23,140 bases of DNA, taken from a virus (lineage: Duplodnaviria; Heunggongvirae; Uroviricota; Caudoviricetes). A program made the translations under genes and the position numbers. The stretch lies in the IMG/VR virus record IMGVR_UViG_2869924733_000002; one strand, written 5' to 3'. The notes below the pieces were generated by a model. The model was not told the DNA's origin, did no database searches, and worked only from the letters and a program-made list of their open reading frames with translations. Positions 1 through 7,881 of this stretch are shown here, one piece after another. The first letter of the stretch is position 1, and every line of letters begins with the position of its first letter.

Positions 1-819
1 ATGTGTCAGGTATTTGGTGTATCCAGGAGCGGTTATTACAACTGGGTACAGCATGAACCCTCAGACAGAAAACAAAGTGATGAGCGGCTAAAACTGGAGA
101 TTAAGGTGGCACATATCCGCACTCGCGAAACATATGGAACCCGGCGGCTCCAGACGGAGCTGGCAGAGAATGGCATCATCGTTGGTCGTGACCGACAGGC
201 ACGTCTTCGTAAGGAGCTAAGGCTACGCTGTAAGCAGAAACGCAAGTTCAGAGCGACTACGAACCCGAACCACAATCTGCCAGTTGCGCCAAATCTGCTG
301 AACCAGACGTTCGCTCCTACAGCACCAAATCAGGTCTGGGTGGCGGACCTGACGTATGTTGCCACACAGGAGGGATGGTTGTACCTCGCTGGCATCAAAG
401 ATGTTTATACGTGCGAAATTGTCGGCTACGCCATGGGAGAGCGCATGACAAAAGAGCTGACAGGTAAAGCCCTGTTTATGGCGCTCAGGAGCCAGCGCCC
501 ACCTGCCGGGCTAATCCACCACTCTGATCGAGGTTCACAGTACTGCGCATACGATTACCGGGTCATACAGGAGCAGTCTGGTCTGAAAACATCAATGTCG
601 CGTAAAGGTAACAGTTACGACAACGCTCCGATGGAAAGCTTCTGGGGAACGCTGAAAAATGAGAGCCTGAGCCACTATCGTTTTAATAACCGGGATGAAG
701 CCATCTCAGTAATACGGGAATACATTGAGATTTTCTACAATCGTCAGCGTCGTCACTCTCGTCTGGGGAATATCTCCCCGGCAGCCTTCAGGGAAAAATA
801 TCATCAGATGGCTGCTTAA
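1..819 (+). CDS. IS3-family transposase OrfB (IS600-like); may continue upstream of the window
   Basis: 272-aa ORF from position 1 with IS3-family DDE/RNaseH-fold motifs (NQVWVADLTY, HSDRGSQY, YDNAPMESFW, YNRQRRHS). Confidence 0.9.
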   Translation: MCQVFGVSRSGYYNWVQHEPSDRKQSDERLKLEIKVAHIRTRETYGTRRLQTELAENGIIVGRDRQARLRKELRLRCKQKRKFRATTNPNHNLPVAPNLLNQTFAPTAPNQVWVADLTYVATQEGWLYLAGIKDVYTCEIVGYAMGERMTKELTGKALFMALRSQRPPAGLIHHSDRGSQYCAYDYRVIQEQSGLKTSMSRKGNSYDNAPMESFWGTLKNESLSHYRFNNRDEAISVIREYIEIFYNRQRRHSRLGNISPAAFREKYHQMAA

Positions 820-862
820 AAAAAGAACAAATGGTAGTGTCCGCTATTGCCAGTACACCTCA
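1..862 (+). mobile_element. IS3-family insertion sequence (IS600-like), right part; left end is off-window
   Basis: The reverse complement of 826-862 reads TGAGGTGTACTGGCAATAGCGGACAC..., an IS3-type terminal inverted repeat. The element ends ...CA at 861-862, 43 bp after the OrfB stop. Confidence 0.6.
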
Positions 863-1002
863 CACGCCATAACGGACTATATCGTTGGATATTACAGCGC
901 ACTAAGACCGCACGAATATAACGGTGGGTTACCCCCAAACGAATCGGAAAATCGATACTGGAAAAACTCTAACTCGGTGGCCAGTTTTTGTTGACCACTT
1001 CA
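863..1002 (+). mobile_element. IS911-type right-end remnant (OrfB C-terminus plus IRR), interrupted upstream by the IS600-like element
   Basis: Encodes ...[41 protein letters not shown], which I recall as the IS911 OrfB C-terminus. 978-1002 is the reverse complement of TGAAGTGGTCAACAAAAACTGGCCA (IS911 IRR from memory). Ends ...CA at 1002. Confidence 0.65.
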
Positions 1003-1512
1003 ATATGCAACGCCGGGTGGCATGGATAAACCCGGAAGAGAGTAAATCAAACCGCGCAATCGGCGTTGCGCTGAATGATACTGCATGTCGCGTTTTGAAA
1101 AAACAAATCGGGAATCATCACCGTTGGGTATTTGTGTACAAGGAAAGCTGTACCAAACCAGACGGAACGAAAGCGCCAACAGTAAGGAAGATGCGGTATG
1201 ACGCAAACAGTAAGGAAGATGCGGTATGACGCAAACACAGCCTGGAAAGCGGCGCTGAGACGAGCTGGTATTGATGATTTCAGATTTCACGACTTGAGAC
1301 ACACCTGGGCAAGTTGGCTGGTTCAAGCCGGAGTCCCGTTGTCAGGGTTACAGGAAATGGGTGGCTGGGAGTCTATCGAAATGATTCGTCGATATGCTCA
1401 CCTCGCGCCTAATCACCTTACCGAACACGCACGGCAAATAGACTCGATTCTGAACCCATCGGTCCCAAATTTGTCCCAGTCAAAAAATAAGGAAGGTACT
1501 AATGATGTGTAA
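1003..1512 (+). pseudogene. int: Lambdoid tyrosine integrase, 3' fragment: N-terminus removed by the IS, and frameshifted by a 28-bp duplication
   Basis: Catalytic C-terminal motifs are present ([37 protein letters not shown]). Reading starts directly at the IS end. The two ORF pieces (924-1229, 1198-1512) are offset by +1, which is exactly the shift a 28-bp duplication produces. Confidence 0.85.
1181..1236. repeat. Perfect 28-bp tandem duplication (agtaaggaagatgcggtatgacgcaaac x2)
   Basis: 1181-1208 and 1209-1236 are identical. Removing one copy restores ...[26 protein letters not shown]... Confidence 0.95.
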
Positions 1513-1650
1513 CTTATTGATTTTTGGGATAATAGGAACAATACACATAGGCGATAAGCTTTGTTTTTGTTGCCTTTTTTATTGTTCATTTTTTATAGAT
1601 ACCCCCAAAAGTACCCCCATATCTTTTTCCGCCCCTGAAATTTGGTTGTT
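1513..1650. other. Possible attachment-site/arm region 3' of the integrase fragment
   Basis: AT-rich and ORF-free, directly downstream of int. TACCCCCA occurs as a direct repeat at 1600-1607 and 1612-1619. No partner att copy is available in the window. Confidence 0.2.
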
Positions 1651-1738
1651 ATTCATACAGCATATCAGGCGGTAACGCTCTCCCTTTAACCCACTTATTG
1701 TATGATAGTGCTATCCCACAATAAGGAATCAGCCAGCC

Positions 1739-2098
1739 ATGAGAATGACCAGTCGCAAAAAAGAGATACTTAGCTACTTTGAACCGGATAACCTCGAATG
1801 GGTGACTGGTGAGATTGGTGCGCCGCCGTTCGATGTGTCGGGTGTGGCCTACCTGCTTCATGGCATGGTGTCGTTCGATAAGCGTCACCAGCTCGAATCA
1901 ACCCGGCGCACACTGGAAAGCATGGTTGCTGGTGGACTGCTTGAGCGGGTGACAGTGTATGAATCGCGCCAGATACGGCGCGGCGGTGATACTAACGCAA
2001 CGGTCGTGCGCTACGGTTTACCCGGTCAGTGCGCTGTTATGCGCGATACTGGCGGCGCTGACAACGCAATATCAGGTGAATACATGCGGGTCAGTTAA
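1739..2098 (+). CDS. Hypothetical protein, 119 aa
   Basis: ORF with AAGGAA upstream of the start. Its 3' end overlaps the convergent neighbouring gene by 8 nt. No family recognised. Confidence 0.5.
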   Translation: MRMTSRKKEILSYFEPDNLEWVTGEIGAPPFDVSGVAYLLHGMVSFDKRHQLESTRRTLESMVAGGLLERVTVYESRQIRRGGDTNATVVRYGLPGQCAVMRDTGGADNAISGEYMRVS

Positions 2099-2633
2099 TA
2101 GCCTGCAATCTGTCGTTGATGCGGCTCAGGTCGTAAACCCGGCGTTCAATATCCAGCATCAGGAAATTGTGGATCTCGGCCTGCTCAGGATTATCAGACT
2201 CTCTGGCCTGTAATAGCAATTCATTGTAACCATGCAAGCCGCCTGAGTTTTCCGCCGGGGTGGTGCCTTTCCCACGCAGGCAGCTAATGGGCTGATTACT
2301 CGTATCGTGTGTTTGCTTCTCCAGCACAATGACGCAATCCCACCAGTCGCCAAAGTCATACGTGTAAACCAGCTTGTCACCCTCATTCTGGAGCGCCGCC
2401 CATAGTGGCGTGATTGCCGCGTTACCCATGCTTTCATCCTCACCCCATACGCGATACTCGCTACCTGGATCACCTTTACGCCCTTTCTCGAACATATACA
2501 GGTGTTCGTCATTCCAGCCAAAAGCTAACTGGATCACGGCATGAAGTTTACTAAAGGGGATTTGCTCTGGAACCAGCACACGCCGCCATATAGGTGGTTT
2601 GCTGTCTCGGATGGTTATCTTTAGCTGGTACAT
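2091..2633 (-). CDS. Plasmid pRiA4b ORF-3 family protein (PF07929-like)
   Basis: The N-terminus MYQLKITIRDSKPPIWRRVLVP...FSKLHAVIQLAFGWNDEHLYMF is the signature of this family as I recall it. Confidence 0.8.
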   Translation of the reverse strand: MYQLKITIRDSKPPIWRRVLVPEQIPFSKLHAVIQLAFGWNDEHLYMFEKGRKGDPGSEYRVWGEDESMGNAAITPLWAALQNEGDKLVYTYDFGDWWDCVIVLEKQTHDTSNQPISCLRGKGTTPAENSGGLHGYNELLLQARESDNPEQAEIHNFLMLDIERRVYDLSRINDRLQAIN

Positions 2634-2753
2634 GCAAATCCTGAATAAATGCGAATCGGAAGGATAACGATACTGACGTACTCACAATTCTGTAAAGGTG
2701 AATAAAGGAAATTTGCTTAATACGCATAAGTTACATGTGGAATAATCCCATAT

Positions 2754-2939
2754 CTACCTGCGCGGCGCTGGCTTCTTCCACTGGTAGGCAGGTGCTCGCA
2801 TCATTTCGCGGAACCTGTCGCGCCGGGCTATATCGGCATTAACTGATCGTTCTATCTCCCGTTGATCTGCCTGTGTAAGCTGGTGGCCTCCGTGCTCAAG
2901 TTTGGCGATGGTCAATAAGGCTATTTCGCGTGGTGTCAT
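2754..2939 (-). CDS. Small conserved hypothetical protein (61 aa), paralogue of 3750-3941
   Basis: 20 of the first 21 residues match the paralogue (MTPREIxLLTIAKLEHGGHQL) and both share a C-terminal REMM..PAY.W.KPAP. The nucleotide differences in the conserved part are mostly synonymous. Confidence 0.65.
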   Translation of the reverse strand: MTPREIALLTIAKLEHGGHQLTQADQREIERSVNADIARRDRFREMMRAPAYQWKKPAPRR

Positions 2940-3165
2940 ACGTCATACCCTCTGGAAGGATGAAACACGCCCGGATTAAATTTCATTTTTCGCGGGTATA
3001 AAAAAACGATGGGGCGGGCAGTCCCGGATAGTCAGGGCTGTAGAGATTTGACTACCCCCTCCCCACTGGATTCAGGTTACTGCTATTCCGTTAAGCGCTG
3101 CTTACGGGGATAGCTGCGTTGTGATTTTGACCATTCAGGTCGCCGCTATTTCCTCACCGATTGGG

Positions 3166-3200
3166 TGCTACGCGCGCGCGTACTTGTCCCGAAATACCAG
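3166..3200 (+). repeat. CG-palindrome motif, copy 1 (tgctaCGCGCGCGCGTACTTGTCcCGAAATaccag)
   Basis: One of three same-orientation copies. Contains the 14-bp palindrome TACGCGCGCGCGTA. Confidence 0.8.
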
Positions 3201-3236
3201 AAACCGCCAGCCAGAGGATGATTTCCCTCTGGTGGT

Positions 3237-3518
3237 CTACCTTTGCCTCTTGCCGCCATTTAACCGGAAGGCGTTACCGTTCGGTTGCGCTATCCCCATG
3301 CGGTGTTGCGTTTCGGTAACAGCTTTATGCAGGTCGCCAAATTCCTCAACCTTCACGGGCGGGCGCTTCACGTTCTCCAGACACGTTTCACGGCGGCGCT
3401 TTATCCATTCCCGATCATCGTCCTCGGTGCATAACAGCATGACTTCCATCCATCGTGCGGCAGCTCTCCGGTATAGCCCTTTTGACTCCAGCTCTTCAGC
3501 TTTCCTGTCCCTTATCAT
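3237..3518 (-). CDS. PerC-family transcriptional activator
   Basis: AEELESKGLYRRAAARWMEVM...DDDREWIKRRRETC matches the PerC-family core as I recall it (GLxRRAAxRW...REWIxxRR..C). Confidence 0.75.
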   Translation of the reverse strand: MIRDRKAEELESKGLYRRAAARWMEVMLLCTEDDDREWIKRRRETCLENVKRPPVKVEEFGDLHKAVTETQHRMGIAQPNGNAFRLNGGKRQR

Positions 3519-3547
3519 TTCTGCCTCTCAGATTATATAGATAAGCA

Positions 3548-3678
3548 AAAAGGTGTTGGTTCAGTTGGTTCAGTTGGTTCAATTTGTAAAGAGTATTGTT
3601 TTTAAAAGAATTATTCGCAAAAAGTGAACCAACACACCCCATTTTTGAACCAACAAAAAGAGGCCGTGAACCAACACG
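3548..3678. repeat. Iteron/origin-like block L: 3 tandem GTTGGTTCA, an AT-rich spacer, then 3 inverted TGAACCAAC
   Basis: GTTGGTTCA x3 at about 3555-3581. (G/T)TGAACCAACA at 3624, 3646 and 3667, spaced 21-22 bp. An AT-rich stretch lies between the two sets. Confidence 0.8.
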
Positions 3679-3749
3679 CCGTTTAAAAACCGCTAATTAT
3701 GAGGGACATCCACCAGCACAGGGCTTGTCTAGTGCTGGTTAGGTGCTGC

Positions 3750-3941
3750 TCACCGCGCACGGAGCGGCGCTGGTTTGCTCCAGCGATATGCGGGGCTGGT
3801 CATCATTTCGCGGTACCGCCTGGCTATTACAGGGCCCTCTGCCAGCTGGCGCCTTAATTCCCGCAGTTCTGCCGGGCTGAGCTGGTGGCCGCCATGCTCC
3901 AGCTTGGCAATGGTCAGCAGCTCGATTTCTCGTGGTGTCAT
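3750..3941 (-). CDS. Small conserved hypothetical protein (63 aa), paralogue of 2754-2939
   Basis: Start chosen at MTPREIELL..., which has GAGGGG 5 nt upstream. Paralogy is described under 2754-2939. Confidence 0.65.
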   Translation of the reverse strand: MTPREIELLTIAKLEHGGHQLSPAELRELRRQLAEGPVIARRYREMMTSPAYRWSKPAPLRAR

Positions 3942-4086
3942 GGATTCCCCTCTGATGGTGATCGGCATTATATTGCTAGCCAGGGTGATTCTTCACTGGC
4001 CAGAGCCGTTGTGCGTGAAGTCTATGCGTGAACTCCATATGCTATGTGTTAAGTTACAGCTCAAAATGTCCTGTTCCGGTGGTAAC

Positions 4087-4143
4087 TTTTTGGTAAACAG
4101 CGTTTTGGTGGATACCAACATGGATACCTCGCTTTTGGATACC
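4087..4143 (+). promoter_or_regulatory. Direct-repeat array upstream of alpA (TTTTGG / TGGATACC motifs)
   Basis: GGATACC at 4110-4116, 4122-4128 and 4137-4143, and TTTTGGT at 4087 and 4103. The array lies in the divergent intergenic region between the 63-aa gene and alpA. Confidence 0.3.
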
Positions 4144-4192
4144 ACCCAAAGCCAGATTGTCACTATGCTTAATCTAAAGCAGAGGAGCCTCT

Positions 4193-4378
4193 ATGCGCCT
4201 TATCAAATTAAGCGAAGTCATGCTCAGAACGGGCTTCAAGAAAACGGCAATCTACTCATGGGTTAAGACGGGCACGTTTCCACAGCCAGTTAAAATTGGT
4301 AGATCAGCTAGATGGTCGCTTGAGGAGGTTGAAGCTTGGATCCAGAACAAACTTGATTCGCGGGCTGGCAACCAATGA
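4193..4378 (+). CDS. alpA: AlpA-family (prophage CP4-57-type) MerR-like DNA-binding regulator
   Basis: MRLIKLSEVMLRTGFKKTAIYSWVKTGTFPQPVKIGRSARWSLEEVEAWI is the AlpA/phage transcriptional regulator pattern. A GAGGAG RBS is present. Confidence 0.85.
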   Translation: MRLIKLSEVMLRTGFKKTAIYSWVKTGTFPQPVKIGRSARWSLEEVEAWIQNKLDSRAGNQ

Positions 4379-4910
4379 TTAGCTTTAATATCGAGTGGTG
4401 GATAGTCCATGGACAAGCTGATGGGCGCACTCGACGAAAACGATGCGCCAGGCGGACTGTGTCGCTCATAAACCGGGAGTTGGCCAGAGGACTTAGTTGT
4501 CCTTTGCAATTCTGCAGGTTCGCACGTGAAAGTAGCCAAAACCCTGCGAACCTGAGTGCAAACCTGCAACTGCGAACCACTGAGGTGGCCTCTCATAGCT
4601 GGTGGTCATACTGGATATTAATCAGGCCTGCCACAACCATAACAATCCATAACAGACGCATCGCACCAACAATTACTAATAGGTCCGCTCGCAACACTAA
4701 TTTTGACTAAGCCTGAACGCAATGCTCAGAAAGAACGAAGAATGGAATGAATCGTACCATCATGTTGCTCCATGATTTTTACGTTCAAGACAGTTGCTTA
4801 ATCTCGCCTCGCAATTCAGCCCCCTTGCCGTTATCGAGAAGTCTTTCTCCTTACGGTTAATGCTATCGGTCTTCATATTACCAGCAGCATACGCCATCCG
4901 ATTATTTCGA

Positions 4911-4943
4911 TGCTACGCGCGCGTACTTGTCGCAAAATACCAG
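4911..4943 (+). repeat. CG-palindrome motif, copy 2
   Basis: tgctaCGCGCGCGTACTTGTCgCaAAATaccag. It also shares ccgatt...tgcta in the left flank with copy 1. Confidence 0.8.
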
Positions 4944-5011
4944 GCAAAGGCCAGATTCAGAACGTCGTGATAACCACCAGTACAACATGAGAGGTCATGT
5001 AACGCGATTTA

Positions 5012-5383
5012 TCACACCAGATACATGTGATTGGTGTACCCGCATAAAACATCGTCATAGCGCGTCCTGTGCGCATATACGCCGATAATCAACACATCAC
5101 CACCACTCTGTCTCATGTAGAGAACAGTTTTATGGTATCCCCCCGCCATCGTGTGCATACTGGTCGGACGTAGTTGCAAAATTTTTTGCAACTGATACCC
5201 CTCGCGCGCGTACTTGTCTCGAAATTGGTGTTTTGCTGTGGCAGTGATATCAGAAAAATCTTCCTGTTTCACATAAAGCGGATATGCGCGTACTGTAACG
5301 GCCCCATCAACGGGGATCGGATTTGAAATCCCGACCCAAGCTATGTACCAAATGCCATGTCTTGGATATATGATGATTGCCAT
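5012..5383 (-). CDS. Doubtful hypothetical ORF
   Basis: The open frame has no RBS. It contains CG-motif copy 3 and a perfect 20-bp palindrome (5173-5192), so this DNA may be regulatory rather than coding. Confidence 0.25.
   Translation of the reverse strand: MAIIIYPRHGIWYIAWVGISNPIPVDGAVTVRAYPLYVKQEDFSDITATAKHQFRDKYAREGYQLQKILQLRPTSMHTMAGGYHKTVLYMRQSGGDVLIIGVYAHRTRYDDVLCGYTNHMYLV
5201..5225 (+). repeat. CG-palindrome motif, copy 3
   Basis: ctCGCGCGCGTACTTGTCtCGAAAT, in the same orientation as copies 1 and 2. Confidence 0.75.
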
Positions 5384-5411
5384 TCTAAACAAAGCTAAAG
5401 GGAGGGTTGGT

Positions 5412-5762
5412 GTGAATGCTCAGGCTGTCATCATGGTTTTCCTTGGTCTGATTGTCGCAAAACTATATCCAGACTGGTGGAAAGGGGCATTAGCAACTGT
5501 CGCCATCTATTTGCTTTTATCCGTCGTTAAGCGATCGTTCGTTAAGACCGTAAATCAAGCAAAACGTTTCTCATTTAAGAATTTAATAAACTATATTACT
5601 GGGCTTATTTTTTGCCTTTCAATTTTGATCGCCTCAGCTTTTTTGCCCGTATCAATAGCTAATTTTTTTGGCGCACCATATGAGGTAGGTTATCTATTCT
5701 CTGTTTTTTGTCTTGTTCTTTCCCTTCTTTACCTATGGATGAGAGCAAAGAACAAAAATTAG
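5412..5762 (+). CDS. Small polytopic membrane protein (about 116 aa from the GTG start), AT-rich moron-like gene
   Basis: AAAGGGAGGG lies 5 nt before the in-frame GTG at 5412. There are three to four hydrophobic segments. The gene is visibly AT-rich and converges on the gp16-like gene. Confidence 0.55.
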   Translation: MNAQAVIMVFLGLIVAKLYPDWWKGALATVAIYLLLSVVKRSFVKTVNQAKRFSFKNLINYITGLIFCLSILIASAFLPVSIANFFGAPYEVGYLFSVFCLVLSLLYLWMRAKNKN

Positions 5763-5780
5763 CCATCCATGGCTAACCAG

Positions 5781-7879
5781 TTATTGAGCTTCTTTTTGTG
5801 ATGCCTGTGCGACTCTGGTGAGCGATTGTGTGACCGTACTGATCGCTCTGTCATATGCTGTGCTACCTTTTGGCGTATTTGCCAGACGTAACAAGGCATT
5901 TCGTATAACAGGGCTTTCGTATGCCTTCGCTGCTCCGCCTACGGCACCAGCAGCAGGAACAACAAACGCAGCCGTTTTTAGCATCCCCGCTAATACTGCT
6001 GCGTTTATGATGCCACCACCAACTAACAATCCATAAAGCTGCTGACCATTTAAGTTTTGAACGTTCGCTTTTGCCGCGTGTCTTGTATCGTTGAGGTATT
6101 TAATAACGCCGTCCAGTTCCTTTCCATGTACGCCTTTAAAGAAAGTTGCTGATTGCTTCCTGTTCCGGTGTAACGCATTAATAAACTTCTCAACACTGAT
6201 ATTTCCAGACGGATCAGTCGCCTTATCTACAGCATTCTGAACTATGGCTGCTCGTGCGTTTTGCCTACCATTGTCATCCAGAAGCCTGTAAAGCTGAGAA
6301 CGTTCTGATGGGCTTTGGCTAAAAACGAGTTTTGTTACATCCTCAGGCGTGGCCTTGCCGCTGGCTATTGCCTTTTGAACGCGCGTTCTTCCCATCATGT
6401 CATTGAATTTAGACCATGAGCGATCAACCCTTGCCATATTAATGGCTTCGTCTGCTCCAAGATTTTTGGCTACGGCTTTTTTCATATCCGCCGTATATGC
6501 CTTGTAGATAATATCGCTGGCTTTCTGGAGCGTATCTTTATCAACAGTGTCAGATGACGCCATAAATCGCTTTCGAAGATCGGTTCTGTTTTCCCTCGCC
6601 AGACGCAGGTCATTTGGTCCGCTGGTGATATCGTCTTTAAATTGCTGCAAGACTTTTACCGCGGCTCTATCCTGAGATTTGCCCGGGCGGCTTAACACGG
6701 CAATCTGATTGTCGATAGCTTTTACCGTGTTTGAGAGATCGACAGGGGTATCCCCCATAGCGTCAATTATGCGGTTATATCGCTTTCCTGCTGCCTCAAT
6801 GAATTTTTGTTGCCCTTTAGTCGCAGATTCATAAAGCTGTTTATCAGAAATGCCACCCAGACCATCGCTAAATGTTCTGACTAAATTTTCTCGTGCTTGT
6901 TGTTGATTCAGCCGATTCTTACCGGTTCCAAAAAAAGGAACTCTTTCGCCTAATGTCTGAGCCTGACTCTGCATAAAGGTTTTATCTTTCAGCATGTCAC
7001 TGGTCATTAACGGCAGATTTCTTTCCGATGCAAAGTCGACAGCAGCCTTTGCTTCAGGCGACATATCACCACGAACAGCCCTCGAAACCGCACTCGCTGT
7101 ATTTTCCAGCCCCTTACCAATACCACCAATGCCAGCAGAAATTACCGTTTGTAACGGATCAATATCTTCTCCACCAGCAAGGCTGGTGGCTCCCTGTAGT
7201 GCTAAATCTGTAGCTGCTGATTTTCCTATAGCACCAAGCACCGTTCCAGCCCTGCCCACTGGTGTAAACGCCAACGCATTAGCAAGAAACGAAGTCAGGT
7301 CTTGCGGTGATAAACCCGGCTTGTTCAGGGCATAATCACCTGATGGCAGAGAAACGATAGTATTCCCCTTCTCATCCTGCCTTAATGTCGCCCCCATTCC
7401 CTGAAGAATCTTTTCCTGAGACGCGTCAGAGCCGAAAAGTTGAGACCATCCAGCCTTTAGGGCATCCATGCTTAGTGAGTTCAATTCTGGGGCAGAGGTG
7501 ACATTTTGCAGTCTCTCCATCTCTGGAGTCATTCGGCTTTCGCCTGTTATAGCATCGCGCATCGCAGCCCCAAGACTGGCTCCCTGTTCTGCTGAACGCT
7601 CAAGCCCCTCTCTTTGCTGAGTAGCTAACTTTGCATACCCTGACGCAAGAGAATTATCAGATGATGTATGTTGAATATTTTGAGTTGCTGATTGGGATCG
7701 GTCTATTTCATTCGTTGATGGTAGTGGATAGGCAGCATAAAAAGCCTGCTTAGCCTGCTCTACACTTTCTCCGGCTTGCGGGGCAACGACTTCATTGAAG
7801 TATTGCTCCTGAGCCTGCGCTTTTTGTTCTGGTGCTAACGCCTGATACTGTGGAGAGGCGATAACATCTTTCCATGCTT
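5781..7879 (-). pseudogene. P22 gp16-type DNA-transfer (ejection) protein; its first 7 nt (8798-8804) are separated by an IS
   Basis: Third and largest gene of the gp7/gp20/gp16-order cassette. Joining 8804..8798 to 7879..5781 gives a 701-codon frame beginning MAKAWKDVIASPQYQALAPEQKAQAQEQYF... The start overlaps the gp20-like stop (TAATG). Confidence 0.7.
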
Positions 7880-7881
7880 TA

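Noticed and set aside
725-1229. Track ORFs 725-994(+) and 924-1229(+) as intact genes
   Set aside because: Both are chimeras that read across IS/IS or IS/integrase junctions. The meaningful parts are the IS911 OrfB tail and the integrase fragment.
3555-3581. Short tandem GTTGGTTCA repeats (also 13223-13249) as a CRISPR array
   Set aside because: The unit is 9 bp with no spacers, there are only three tandem copies, no cas genes are present, and the architecture (inverted sets plus an AT-rich spacer next to a primase) is that of iterons.
3121-4266. Track ORFs 3121-3540(+) and 3775-4266(+)
   Set aside because: They run antisense to the well-supported PerC and 63-aa genes, and the second one runs through the promoter region. 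Their composition is implausible.
4252-4710. Track ORFs 4252-4596(-), 4308-4580(-) and 4375-4710(+) as genes
   Set aside because: They overlap one another on both strands, lack RBSs, and have Arg/Ser/Cys-rich low-complexity translations. The region looks non-coding or decayed.
1513-5011. tRNA or tRNA-3'-end fragment that would mark an att site of the P4-type integrase
   Set aside because: I could not find a T-arm-like GGTTCGAnTCC...CCA sequence by eye. The GGTTCGCA repeats at 4515-4578 do not fold as a tRNA. The true attL partner lies beyond 23140, so the boundary stays unresolved.
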